Source of the DNA: Octopus vulgaris
Lineage: Eukaryota
Reading direction: 5' to 3'
NCBI GenBank assembly: GCA_951406725.2
Contig: OX597838.1
Coordinates: 9,920,001-9,984,000, forward strand
DNA: 64,000 nt
The notes below the pieces were generated by a model, which was not told where the DNA came from, did no database searches, and was given only the letters and a program-made list of their open reading frames with translations. Below are positions 36,275 to 49,703 of this stretch, in pieces. The translations under genes were made by a program, and so were the position numbers. Position 1 is the stretch's first letter. Every line of letters starts with the position of its first letter.

Positions 36275-36965
36275 TGAAATTTCTCCAATGGGTAAGAGGT
36301 TCTCCAAACCCTGAGGTAACTCAAAATTTCAGGTTGTCATTAATAAAACCCATATGACAAACCTTGTTTTGATTCTTTTATAGATTTGGACATAGATATG
36401 CTTCACCATATGTTCTTCTGATTCTTACAATCATCAGCTTGTTTTATTATTTTTTAAATATTATATTTTTTATTTATTTATTTATTTTGGATTCTTTGAA
36501 AGCAAGGGGTAATACTTTTTAAATCTGAAAAGAATTTTTTTGTGTGTGTTCAATTAATATTTAAGCTAAAGCTTTTGGTGAGTGGGTGAAGAAATTTGCT
36601 GTTACGCAGCTGAATCCATTTTTCTGTTTCCTTAAATCCTACCATATGTACCAAGTTAATAGCGAATTATTTCTTTAATAGCATTGTATGTGAATAGTTA
36701 ATTAGGAGCATAGCTTATGTTTGTAACTGCAAGTAATTATTTAAGCTTAGTTACACTGCATAAATAATTAAGAAAAGAGGGAGAAAAAAAAAACCCTGGT
36801 TCTAGTTTCATCTGCTATGTAAGCTTCAGTGATGCTTTTTTTCAAGATATGTAGCTTTACCTGATGGTTGGAAAAAATAATTTAGAAACCAGAATGTATA
36901 TTACTTTTCAGTTGTTGCTGTCTCCCACTCTCTCCTTCCTTCTACTCTTCCCTCAGGCTGGGTAA

Positions 36966-37170
36966 CCTATTTCTTTACTACCCACAGAAGGGACAAACAA
37001 GGACAGACAAACGGATTAAGTCGATTACATCGACCCCAGTGCGTAACTGGTACCTAATTTATCGATCCGAAAGGATGAAAGGCAAAGTAGACCTCGGCGG
37101 AATTTGAACTCAGAATGTAACGCCAGACAAAATACGGCTATGCATTTCGCCCGGCATGCCAGCTCGCCGC
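36966..37170 (-). mobile_element. SINE family B with internal deletions
   Basis: TSD ctgggtaacc at ~36958-36967 and 37171-37180. Confidence 0.85.
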
Positions 37171-37936
37171 CTGGGTAACCATGTATCTCCTTTACAGCAG
37201 CAGCATCTGTTTCTGTTCTCATTCTTGATCACTCTCTTTCTCTCTTTGGCCTGGTAATCTGACACAAGTTCACCTCCTCCAACGCACCCTCCCCTCCCAA
37301 AGGATCTTTGTCTTGCAAGTTACTTGGGTGACCTTGCCAGTGTTGATGTCACATAAAAAGCATCCAGTCCACACTGAAGTGGTTGGCATTTGGAAGGGCA
37401 TCCAGCTGTAAGAGAACCATGCTAAAACTGTCCTTGACTGTGTTGGTGCCATGTAAAAAGTCCATTCTGTGGGGTCAATGGTGTTAGGAAGGGCATCCAG
37501 CTATAAGAACCCTTCCAAAACAGACAGAAGTCTGGTGCAGTCTCCTGCCTATGGAAGGCAGAATTAAATGATAATGACGAAGATTGGACGACAGCCATGA
37601 TGAAGCATTTCCTTGAAGAGCCAAACAACCCAATCCCAGTTTTGTTTTTAAGTCAGATACTTATTCTCTCGGTCTCTTTGGTTGAACCACTAAGTTTTTA
37701 GGGTGTAAACAAACCGACAATGGTTGTTATGCAGTTGGTGGGACAAACGTAGACACCCACATACACAGGATGGGCTTCCACACAATTTCACTTACAAGGG
37801 CTTGTGAGTAGACACCTGCCTAAGGGGCTGTGCAGTGGGACTGAATCCGAAACCACATGAGGTGTGGTATGTGTGTGTGTATGCATGCACACACATACAC
37901 CTTACTTGAGAACATTAAAATTATGATACTCTTACA

Positions 37937-38150
37937 CTTTTACTTGTTTCAGTCATTTGACTGCGGCCCAGCTGGAGCACCGCCTTTAATCGAGCAACTC
38001 GACCACGGGACTTATTCTTTTGTAAGCCCAGTACTTATTCTATCGGTCTCTTTTGCCGAACCGCTAAGTAACAGGGACATAAACACACCAGCATCGGTTG
38101 TCAAGCAATGCTAGGGGGACAAACACAGACACACAAACATATACACACAC

Positions 38151-38203
<53 letters not shown>

Positions 38204-38366
38204 ACGGGCTTCTTTCAGTTTCCGTCTACCAAATCCACTCACAAGGCTTTGGTCGGCCCGAGGCTATAGCAGAAGACACTTGCCCAAGGTGCCACGCAGT
38301 GGGACTGAACCCGGAACCATGTGGTTGGTAAACAAGCTACTTACCACACAGCCACTCCTGCGCCTA
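37937..38366 (-). mobile_element. SINE family A, young full-length
   Basis: Near-consensus reverse complement. Confidence 0.92.
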
Positions 38367-39261
38367 TGATGTATACATTATTATGAAATGTATATATAAC
38401 TGTGTAGTTAAGAAGTTCACTTTGGAACTAGATGTCAGGAGTTCAGTCCTACTGCATAGATAAGGTTGGCTGGCAGTTTGCAGTTGACTGTGAAAGCATG
38501 TCTTGTTATATTGGGCCACATTTCATAGAAACATAAGAGTATTTCCAGTTTTCTGTGCATAATCATGTCCAAGCTGTTCATTGTTTGATAGTGTGCAGGG
38601 TTACCTTGCTTGGAAACTGGTGAGGGTTGGCCTCAGCTGCAGAATTTCTTCTCCACTGTAGTCTTGTCTGATCCATGCAAGCATGGCAATGTAGGCATTA
38701 AAATTGTGGTGTGTGTGTGTGTGTGTCCATGTCTTAATATGTTTCCTTTGTTTCAATCTTCTGTAAAAATATGTCTAGCCATGGGAAATTTACTATTTTG
38801 GTTGAAATTAGGTGAGGAAGTGCATGCAGCTTAGGAATTCTGTCAGGCTCCTGCAAGTAAGGAATAATGGACATTCAAACACTTATATATATATATATAT
38901 AATCTTTTATTTGACTGCGGCCATGCTGGGGCACCACTTTAAAGGGTTTTAAGTCGAATTGATCAAACACAGGACTTTTTTTTAAGCATGCTACTTATTC
39001 TATTGGGCTCTTTTGCCAAACCTTTTTAGTAACAGGGATGTAAACACACTAACATCAGTTGTCAAGCGGTGATGGTGAAACAAACACACACACACACACA
39101 CACACATAATGGGCTTCTTTCAGTTTCTTTCTACTACTCTCAAGGATTTGGTTGGTCCGAGGCTATAGTTGAAGAGACTTGCCTAAGGTGTCATGCAGTG
39201 GGACTGAACCTGGAACAATGAGGTCAGGAAGCAAGCTTCTTACCATACAGCTGTGCTTGTG

Positions 39262-39325
<64 letters not shown>

Positions 39326-39334
39326 CATACATAC

Positions 39335-39733
39335 ACTAGCAGCATAGCCCGGCGTTGCCCGAGTAATTAAGAGCCCCTAGTAGACAACGACTAATCCCAA
39401 TCTAGTTCTTTCCCTCCAGAGAACGAAGGCGCATGTGTAGGTTGCAATGTCTTCTCTTCACTCGAATACTTCTATGTATACGATGTTCGTAGCTGTCTCC
39501 CGACAGAAAATGTGTTACATATAAAAAGCTTAGATTCTCGACCCCATGTCGAATTTATCGATTTTTTTCAGAACTGGAGGAACTTTTCAAAATTGTCGCT
39601 GCATTAGTTTTGAATTATGACATTGGGCTATGTGTGTGTCAAGTTTCATCAGAATCGGTTGAAAGCCGTGGTCAGGGTGAGGGTACAACCTGACAGACAC
39701 ACACACAGACAAACTGCCGTTTATATATATAGA
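39335..39733 (-). mobile_element. Non-autonomous Helitron-like element
   Basis: Minus-strand 3' CTAGT preceded by GC hairpin (gcccggcgttgcccg); 5' tctatatatataaacggcag. Confidence 0.75.
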
Positions 39734-39736
39734 TGA

Positions 39737-39818
<82 letters not shown>

Positions 39819-39821
39819 ATC

Positions 39822-40011
39822 ATGGTTGTGTGGTAAGAAGCTTGCTCCCCAACCCTAGGGTACTGGGTTCAGTCCCACTGCGTGGCACTTTGGGCAAGTG
39901 TCCTCTACTATACACCAGGTCAACCAAAGCTTTGTGAGTGGATTTGGTAGACAGTAACTGAAAGAAGCCCATTGTGTATATATATATATATATATATATA
40001 CAATGGGCTTC

Positions 40012-40056
<45 letters not shown>

Positions 40057-40219
40057 CTGAGTTTGTCCCCCACCATCATTTGACAATCGATGTTGGTGTG
40101 TTTACATCTCCATAACTTAGTAATTCAGTAAAAGAGACTGATAGAATAGGTACTAGGCTTACAAATAATAAGTCCTGGGGTTGATTTCTTTGATTAAAGG
40201 CAGTGCTCTAGCATGGCTG
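39822..40219 (+). mobile_element. SINE family A, diverged
   Basis: Consensus match. Confidence 0.85.
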
Positions 40220-40710
40220 GAAGGAAGGGACGGGCAATTTTTTTTTTTTGCCTATAGGCTATAGTGAAAGAGGTAGTGTGGTGGACCCGTTTGAATGGGC
40301 TAAAGATAGACACTTTCCTCTTTGACCAAGCCCTCATCAACTTTTTCAAGTTTTAACTTGAAAAGGAAGTTGAGGGTGGAGAGGGAAGTGTTGCCTTGTA
40401 ACAAGTTTGTTGAAAGGTGGGTGAATGTTGGAAGAAGGGCCAGTGTGAAAGGACCAATTCTGAGCATACACCTGTAAAATGAGAAAGGAGAAGGGCTCTT
40501 GCTCTGTTGATCTGGCACCTGTGGCTTTTCTGGGGCTTTCCACGTGGACCTTAAAGTGCCTCCCGGATTGGGAGTTTTAATTTAATTTTAATTGTTATTT
40601 ATATTGTTTACACGCTGTAAAACCTTTTGTATCATCTCGTTTTTGTCTTTTATGTTGTTGCATATCATTTAGGGGTTTTTATGTGAGCCCTTGTGGCTAA
40701 TAAAAGAATA
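40220..40710 (+). mobile_element. Tx1/L1-clade LINE 3' fragment (ORF2 C-terminus and 3' UTR)
   Basis: Broken frame EGRAIFF..VKEVVWWTRLNGLK....ALINFFKF..KRKLRVEREVL..KFVERWVNV; T-rich UTR ending aataaaagaata. Confidence 0.65.
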
Positions 40711-41051
40711 GATTAATTATTATTGCAGTGAGCTGGCTGGATTGTTAGCACACGCAACATGCGTAGCGGTATTTTATCTGTCCTTACATTATGTGTTCCA
40801 ATCCTAGTGTGGTTGATTTTTTACCTTTCACCCTTTCTGGGTCGATAAAATAAGTACCAGTTAGGCACATTACTACTCCTACTAGTATGTCTCCATAACT
40901 TAGTGGATCTGCAATGAGAAAGAGAATAATTACAGACTTAGAAACTGAGGTTGATTTTGATCATCTAAATGTAAGGAAATAGGTCCAGCATGGCCACAGT
41001 CCAATGGCTGGAACAAGTAAAAAAAACATAAACAAAGCAAATAAAAGTGTA

Positions 41052-41448
41052 TGTGTGGTAAGTAGCTTGTCTACCAACCACATGGTTCCGGGTTCAGTCC
41101 TACTGCGTGGCACCTTGGGCAAGTGTCTTCTACTATAGCCTCGGGCCGACCAAAGCCTTGTGAGTGGATTTGGTAGAGGGAAACTGAAAGAAGCCCGTCG
41201 TATATATGTATGTATATATATATATATATATATGCGTGTTTGTGTGTCTGTGTTTGTCCCCTAGCATTGCTTGACAACCGATGCTGGTGTGTTTAGGTCC
41301 CCGTCACTTAGCGGTTCGGCAAAAGAGACCGATAGAATAAGTACTGGGCTTACAAAAGAATAAGTCCCGGGGTCGAGTTGCTCGATTAAAAGGCGGTGCT
41401 CCAGCATGGCCGCAGTCAAATGACTGAAACAAGTAAAAGAGTAAAGAG
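41052..41448 (+). mobile_element. SINE family A, young
   Basis: Near-consensus. Confidence 0.92.
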
Positions 41449-43031
41449 TAAATTAAAGTGTATATATTGTGTGTGCGTGCAGGCTGTGTTTGCCTATTTC
41501 TGTTGGTTCTCCTATCAACCCGGCCGCCCCCCCTCCTCCCCTGTAATACAACTCGGACAGTTTATTTATAGCCCAGTTATGTCTCTCTACTATCAAGTCG
41601 TCGGTAGCAGCGTGTTTTACTATTTAACAATCTACCTACCTCCAATTTGGGTCTGTGGCAGAAAACCCCCACCAACTAACTGGTTGTTGCTGCTAGGCTG
41701 CCTGTTAACTTCGCTTTCTGGTCAAGCTGAGTAGGCTTTTGTGTGTGTGTGTGTGTGTCGATTCTAAATCCGTGTCTCTCCACCACTTTTTTTATATTAT
41801 TATGGACTCCTATTTTATTTGATTCCTATTTTACTCGGATGTAGCCCCCATAGTCATTCGATGTTTAAAAACATCATATTATATTTTTATAATTAAATAT
41901 TATTAGGAATTGTATAAAGAAAAAAATTGTTGAAATATTTTGTGTATTGTGGAAGTATATAACCAATTTATTGTACATAAATTTTAACAACAAAATCTTA
42001 TGTGGACCCCAGTTGGGAACCGCTAAAAAGTAAAACCTATTCTTGTTTTTTGCTTCAGCAGGAGAAAACTGGTACAAACTAACACACACACACACAGATT
42101 GTAGGGGTTCTTTTTTTTTTGGTGTGCTACAAATTTCTTTTTAAGATCTTTGCTAGTTGTCTCTGTCTCTCTTTCCTTCTTTCTTTCTCTCTCTCCTTTT
42201 TCTGATCATTTTTATATATCCCTGTCCTAAGCCTGTTTATTCTATTTTTTCCTTCTTTTCTATCATTCAGTCTCTCCACACACACACTGTTCTGGACTTG
42301 CCATGTTGTATGGACAATGTGACTATAGAGCCTTATCCCTTCTCTCTCAACTTTATCCTCTTTGTTTGGCAAGCCTATTAGTTCAAGCAGCAAAGCTCCT
42401 TCCATGCAAAACCTTCTCCCTTCTCCCCCCCCCCGCGCCTGCCTTCCTCTTAATCTTCTGTATTTCATTTCCTTTACCGCTCCTGCTCTCGCTCTTCCCT
42501 GCCCATTTTCAGTTCCTAAAAGGTTTGCCTCCCTACAAATGTGTCAGGGGAAGAAAAAAAAAAAGGAAAAAACGAAAAGGTCTTATACAAGCCTATTTGC
42601 TTGTTTACTTGCAAGTTTTTGCCTAACTCCTTGATAGCCTCCTTTTTTTTTCCTGGTGATATTTACACACACACGAAACCTTGCACACACACTCCTTCTA
42701 ACTGAAGCTGTTGCCCGTTGTTATCTCGTCTGTTGCATTTTAGAGTGCATTTCTTATTATTTGGTTGTTTGTTATGTCTGGTGGTGGTGGTCGTCTGTCT
42801 GCCTGCCTGCAGCCACAGTCTGCTGGGTTGTATCTGATGATGCCTGGTGGTTGGTGGCGGTTGCGTTTTGTTGTTGATGGTTATATATATGCCTGCTTCA
42901 GCTATCGAATTGTTGCCTGTTGTTGGAGCTGTGTGTGTAGTCCGCTGGTTCTGCTGTGCTACCAGCCAATATCTGATCTGAATGTGTTGTTTGTCAAAAC
43001 TAGTATCCAGTTGTGCTGTTGTTGCTAGTGG

Positions 43032-43038
43032 TCTCTCT

Positions 43039-43073
<35 letters not shown>

Positions 43074-43287
43074 CTCCCTCCCTTTCTCTCTCTCTCTCCC
43101 TCCCTCCCTTTCTCTCTCTCTCTCTCTCCCTCCCTCCCTCCCACCTCTCTCTCCCCTCTCCCCTCTCTCCTTCTCTCTCTCCTTCTCTCTCCTTCTCTCT
43201 CTCCTCTCTCTCTCCCTCCCTTTCTCTCTCTCCTTCTCTCTCTCCCCCTCCCTTTCTCTCCCTTTCTCTCTCTCTCTCTCTCCTTCT
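43032..43287. repeat. ~255 bp pure (CT/CCCT) polypyrimidine tract
   Basis: Direct inspection. Confidence 0.95.
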
Positions 43288-43628
43288 CGCTCACGGAATA
43301 TCTCTTAACTGTGTTCAGTGTGACAAACAAGGTTTTCGTTCCACAATGAGATTATTATTAGAAAATTCTGTGAATCATTATTTCTATACGTATTTGCTGG
43401 GGAGAAACAGTAGCAGCGATATAGGATTAGCATTGCAATATTTATATATATATTTTTTTTTCTCTTTGAATTTTGCTTACATGATAAAATATAGACATCA
43501 TTGATATAGATATCACCGTATTGTGCTGGCATCAAACTGTAGGAACAAAAAAAAAGTTTTCACCATTCGCTGCATAGAGTTTCACGTGATGAAAGAGTTC
43601 GTCAATACAACAGACACACCTGTGAAAT

Positions 43629-43852
43629 ACTCTTTTACTTGTTTCAGTCATTTGACTGCGGCCATGCTGGAGCACCGCCTTTTTTAATCGAGCAAATCGA
43701 CCCCGGGACTTATTTTTTTTTGTAAGCCCCGTACTTATTCTATCGGTCTCTTTTTGCCGAACCCGCTAAGTGACGGGGACGTAAACACACCAGCATCGGT
43801 TGTCAAGCAATGCTAGGGGAACAAACACATACACACAAACACATACACATAA

Positions 43853-43903
<51 letters not shown>

Positions 43904-44076
43904 CATATATACGACAGGCTTCTTTCAGTTTCCGTCTGCCAAATCCACTCACAAGGCATTGGTCGGCCCGGGGTTATAGCAGAAGACACTTGCCCAAGAT
44001 GCCACGCAGTGGGACTGAACCCAGAACCATGTAGTTTGTTAGCAAGCTACTTACCACACAGCCACTCCTGCGCCTA
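43629..44076 (-). mobile_element. SINE family A, young full-length
   Basis: Near-consensus reverse complement. Confidence 0.92.
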
Positions 44077-44153
44077 TATTTTATTTTTTAATTAATTTTT
44101 TTTTTTCTATAGGAGAGAAATGATGAAATCGATAGTCAAATACATTATATACA

Positions 44154-44516
44154 CGCAGGCGTGGCTGTGTGGCAAGCACCTTGCTTCCCAACCACATGAT
44201 TTCGGGTTCAGTCCCGCTGCGTGGTACTTTGGGCTAGTGTCTACTATATAGCCTCGGGCCAATCTAAACCTTATGAGTGGATCTGGTAGTCAGGAACTGA
44301 AAAAGTCTATCGTATGTGTGTGTGTTTCCCCACTATCACCACTTGGCAACTGGTGTTGGTGTGTTTACATCCCTGTAAAAAAAAAAAAAAGAGATACCGA
44401 TAGAATAAGTACAAAGCTTGAGAAATAAATCCTGGGGTCAGTTTGTTAGACTAAAAAAACCCTTCAGGGTGGTGCTTCAGCATGGCCGCAGTCAAATGAC
44501 TGAAACAAGTAAAAGA
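44154..44516 (+). mobile_element. SINE family A, older
   Basis: Head-to-head with the preceding copy. Confidence 0.82.
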
Positions 44517-45174
44517 ATATAGATCTGTGTTTCTCCACCTAATTTTGCTCAGCCCCAATCATAATTTTCCACCTGTGGTTGGGAAAAAAATGCCAGCTTT
44601 TTTTATATTTTATCACAGATATTTGATTCAAAAGAAGGCAGAAAAATTTCGAAAAATCAAAAAATAATTTTGCGTTGTCGTGTGAATCCCCATGTGTAGG
44701 GCACAAATTCACAATAATTTTCTGACCCCCCCCCCCCAAGTTATGAGGGGTCATATGCCATGCATATAGCAGGATTCCACCCGAAAGAATCTGCCAGTAA
44801 CTCTTTTATTAAGTACTGAGTACAAAAAGAAAAAAATACATTGCTAAGAAAATAAAAGTAAATCACTTTAATTAGAACCTGGCGACTTTGGTTCCACACC
44901 CCACTGATAGGGTGTATGTCCCATGTTGAGAATCACTGATATAAATACAGGCATGGCAGTGTGGTCAGGAATTTCGTTTCACAGTCATGTAGCTTTGGGT
45001 TCAGTCAGTCTGCATGGCATCTTGTGGGGTAGACTCTTCTGCTGAGTGAATTCAATTAACTGGAACTGAAAATAAGCACATCATGTGTGTGTGTGTGTGT
45101 GTGTGTGTGATTGGGTGCTTGTGTCTCCTTGTCTTGACATTCGATGCTAATTGTGAACAAATATAATTGTTAGT

Positions 45175-45580
45175 TAATTTTTTGGCTCAAAAAGCAAAAA
45201 GCAAGGCCATGTAGGGGGACATGGAGTTATGTACAGGGTGGTGTTCATGTAAAGAGTTCAGGCCACTTGAGGTCAAGGGAGACTTTGAACTGAGCGGTTG
45301 TCACCATCTCGTCTGGCAGCTTATTCCATGGATCCGCAACCCGGACGGAGAAAGCCCCTCTCCTTCGATTGAGATGCAATCGTCGGAGATAGAGCTTTTC
45401 GGAATGACCCCGCAGCCGACGCTCTGGAGCAGGAGTGAAGAACAGCTCTTTCGAGAGGTTACACTTTCCGCTTATGATGTTGTGAGCAAGAATGAGATCT
45501 CCACGGCGGCGGCATTTTTCTAGAGAATAAAGGTCGAGCGTCTTCAGCCTTTCTTCATAAGACAAATTCTTGAGACCAAT
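45175..45580 (-). mobile_element. CR1/L2-clade LINE 3' fragment
   Basis: ORF 45245-45565(-) SYEERLKTLDLYSLEK.RRRGDLI...RGHSEKL...FSVRVADPWNKLP. Confidence 0.9.
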
Positions 45581-46892
45581 AACAGTGTTGTTTGTTTGCA
45601 GTCTTCCCCAGGCTCGGCAAAAAATATTGCGTTGCTTGGAAACAGGTGAGGGTTGATAACAGAAAGAGCATCAAGCAGTAGAAAATCGACTGCAGAGAAG
45701 TTTATCTGACCCCTGCAAGCTTGAAAAAGTGATGCTGATGATGATATTTGTTATAGAATATTTGCTGACATCTCACATGACATAGATAAATGGAGAATAG
45801 CTAAATCTGTTTCTGATGTCACCATGATTGATGCATGGACTGTTGGGGGTGGGTAGAGAAGATTTGCACCACGTTGCTCAATGGCATCAAATCAACTTTA
45901 TGGTCACATAAATTCCAGGTGTCGTATGTTCATCAGTTTAGTGCTTGTTTAACTCGTCTACATGCTGTTACTATTTTATTAGTTTCAGTCAATGGATTGG
46001 GGCCATGCTGGAGCACCACCTTCAAAACTGTGCAGTAAGAAGCTTGCTTCCCAACCACATGGTTTGGGGTCCAGTCCCACTGCATGCTACATTGGGCAAG
46101 TGTCTTCTACTATAGCTTTAGGCTAACCAAAGCCTTGTGAGTAGATTTGGTAGATGGGAACTGAAAGAAGCCCATTATAAATATATATATATGTGTGTGT
46201 GTGTGTCTTTGAGTTTGTCCTCCATCACCACTTGACAACTCGTGATGGTATGTTTATATCATCGGAATTTAGCGGTTTGGCAAAAGAGACCAATAGAGGT
46301 CAGGCTTAAAAATACATATATATAAAATAAGTACTGAGGTCAATTCATTCAACTGAAAATTCTTCATGTCAGTACCCCAGCATGGCCACAGTATAATGAC
46401 AAACAAGTAAAGGATAAAAGAAAAATAAATATATCAGCTCCAACACTTCTTTTGTTCATCTTTATTGATTGGCTCAGTTATCATCTTTAGACTTAAATAA
46501 GCCCACAATACATTAATATGCAGAAACACATATACATCATATAACTACATATATAAGGTGCAGGTGTGGTCATGTGGTTGACAAGCTTGCTTCCGAACCA
46601 TATGGTCTTGGGTTCAGTCTCATTGTGCAGCACATTTGGTGAGTGTCTTTTACTCTAGCCTCAGGTTGACCAAAGCCTTGTGAATGAATTTGGTACTTGG
46701 AAAAAAGTGGATGTTAAATGATGGAATATATGCAGTGAGCTTCTGCACAGACAATTCTGTTAAGTAAATTCCACTCACACCAATAAGACATTTGTACAGT
46801 GTACCATGTGCAGTGAGTGCAAATAACCTTGTTTCATGTGACTATACATGCATGTAAAGTGATATCTTCAGTGCATGTATGTATGTGTATAT

Positions 46893-47279
46893 ACTCTTAC
46901 TCTTACTCTTTTACTTGTTTCAGTCATTTGACTGCGGCCATGCTGGAGCACCGCCTTTTAATCGAGCAACTCGACCCCGGGACTTATTCTTTTGTAAGCC
47001 CAGTACTTATTCTATTGGTCTCTTTTTGCCGAACCGCTAAGTGACGGGGACATAAACACCCCAGCATCGGTTGTCAAGCAATGCTAGGGAGACAGACACA
47101 GACACACACACATATACATATATACGACAGGCTTCTTTCAGTTTCCGTCTACCAAATCCACTCACAAGGCATTGGTCGGCCCGGGGCTATAGCAGAAGAC
47201 ACTTGTCCAAGATTCCACGCAGTGGGACTGAACCCGGAACCATGTGGTTGGTAAGCAAGCCACTTACCACACAGCCACA
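46893..47279 (-). mobile_element. SINE family A
   Basis: Near-consensus reverse complement. Confidence 0.9.
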
Positions 47280-47879
47280 TATATATATATATAAAGCGAG
47301 AGGGGAGACACACCACCAATATAGGGTTGAGCATACATTAGTTGAGATATATAACAGGCAAAAAATATGAAGGAACTGAAGTAGTCTGATCAGTGCATAA
47401 TGAATTGTGGTTTGATCAATACAGATAAGCCTAATCAATCCCTAGCTCTAGACGAAACTCCATCAGGAATCATCTGTCAAACGATTGATTGATTCTCACC
47501 ACCCCCACCACCACCACGACCATGACTCACCACCTCCGACGGACTCGCTGGCATGTTTCAGACATAAAGGTGCTTCTGTGATTGTCCTGTATTTGTCTCG
47601 TCTTCGTGTATGTATGCTTCACAGTGTAATGACGTTATTGTCTTTTGCCAACATTTCTGGACTATGCACGCACACACACACACGCACTCACTCACTCACT
47701 TTCTGAGATTGGTATGTCATTGTTTACTATCTTACAGTGAAAGTAGCCAGCAGTGAATCTCCATGCACAGTTGTCGATAGTGACAGGATCATTCATTTAG
47801 TTTGGCAGAACAACCTGCCAATATATCATTCAGTCTCTTCTCTCTCATGACATTCAAACTTTATTGCATTTCTTCTCAT

Positions 47880-48170
47880 ATCATCATCATCATCATCATC
47901 ATTTAGCGTCCGCTTTCCATGCTAGCATGGGTTGGACGGTTCTACTGGGGTCTGTGAAGCCAGAAGGCTTCATCAGGCCCAGTCAAATCTGGCAGTGTTT
48001 CTACGGCTGGATGCCCTTCCTAACGCCAACCACTCCGTGAGTGTAGTGGGTGCTTTTTACGTGCCACCCGCACAGGTGCCAGACAGAGCTGGCAAACGGC
48101 CACGAACGGATGGTGCTTTTTATGTGCCACCGGCACGAGGGCCAGGTGAGGCTGGCAACGGACACGAAAC
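47880..48170 (-). mobile_element. SINE family C
   Basis: (cat)n tail and subrepeats. Confidence 0.9.
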
Positions 48171-49230
48171 GTAAAATAAACACGCACACACGGATGCATA
48201 TATATATAGGCACAAGGCATAGATGTGGCTGTGTGGACGAGAGGTTTGCTTCCCAATCAAGTTTCAGGTTCAGTCTCACTGTACGGCACCTTGGGCAAGT
48301 ATCTGCTATTGTAGCCCCACTGGCCTGACCAAAGTCCTATGAGTGGATTTGGGAGAGAGGGCCTGAAAGAAGCTCATTGTTTGTGTGTGTGTGTGTTTGT
48401 ATGATACTTGTAAATGAGTCTCACTGTCATAAGCAGTGTTCTTCATTTCCAGTATTCTGTGGAAATATGTCTGGCCATGAGAAAGTGTTACCTTGCTTGG
48501 AAACAGGTAAGAGTTGGTGATACAAAGGGCATCCAGCTGTAGAAAATCTACCTCAAATACATTTCATTCAACCTATGTAAGCATGGAAAAATGAATATAA
48601 ACTGTTTGTTCCCCTCACACTACTGCTTGCCAGCCCTGTTGGTTGGTTTGTCTACATCCCTCTAATTGGTTCAGCAAAAAGAGGCTGATAAAGTAAGTCC
48701 CAGGCTTTAAAAAAATTGAATACTGGGGTCAATTTGTTTAAATGAAACATTGAAGGAAGGCAGCATCCCAGCATGTCTGCCGTCCAATGGAACCAGTAAA
48801 AGACAAAATATATCACACACACACACTCACACACATGGACTGCTGTATGAATAGCTTTGGGTTCAATCCCCTTGCATGTCACTTTTGGCATGTGTTTTCT
48901 ATAGCCCTGGGCTAATCATAGTCTTGTAAATGAATTTAGTAGATGGAAACTGAAAGAAGCCTTTTGTATATGTATGTGTGTGTGTGTGTGTATTACTGTC
49001 TCCATGCTTTCACTTTGCATGAATGTTTGTAAGTGAATGTTTTTGTCATGCCAGCGGTGTTCTTTGTTTACAGTCTTCCATGAAAATAAGTCTTGTTATG
49101 GGGGAAATATTACTTTATAGAATATGTGAGGGTTGGTGACAGGAAGGGCATCCTAGAAAATTTTCCTTGACAAATTCTAACACTTGAGAGTAAGGAGGAG
49201 TGGCCATTGAACACAGCATATATGGTTCAA

Positions 49231-49398
49231 ATGTACAAAAGATAAAGACAGGTGAGGGAACAACAAACCAGATGTAATAGTTTGACAATCAGGGAAAATG
49301 GGAAAAGTCTTTGACCTTTCAAGCCTGTGCTCTTTGACAGAAAGGAACAAGGAAAGAAAAATGGAGAGACAGAAAAAAAAAAACGGGTGTCAGGTTTA
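49231..49398 (-). mobile_element. Penelope-like element, same family as 6819-6996
   Basis: Minus strand cttt ctgtcaa a gagc-acag-gctt GAAA ggTC aaag; direct repeat atggttcaa at 49222-49230 and 49399-49407. Confidence 0.6.
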
Positions 49399-49407
49399 AT
49401 GGTTCAA

Positions 49408-49703
49408 CATCATCATCATCATTGTTTAACGTCTGTTTTCCATGCTAGCATGGGTTGGACGGTTCAACTGGGGTCTGAGAAGCCCGAAGGCTGCACCAGG
49501 CCCAGTCTGATCTGGCAGTGTTTCTACAGTTAGATGCCCTTCCTAACGCCAACCACTCCGTGAGTGTAGTGGGTGCTTTTTACGTGCCACCTGCACAGGT
49601 GCCAGACGAGGTTGGCAAACGGCCACGATTGGATGGTGCTTTTTACGTGCCACCTGCACGGAGGGGCCAGACAAGGCTGGCAACGGCCACAATTGGATGG
49701 TGT
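49408..49703 (-). mobile_element. SINE family C
   Basis: Consensus match. Confidence 0.88.

Larger units (their letters stand above)
34601..36571. repeat. Long inverted duplication of non-SINE sequence (arms 34601-35152 and 35966-36571)
   Basis: 34601-34896 is the reverse complement of ~36269-36571; 34898-34938 plus 35131-35152 matches 35966-36025. Confidence 0.92.
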
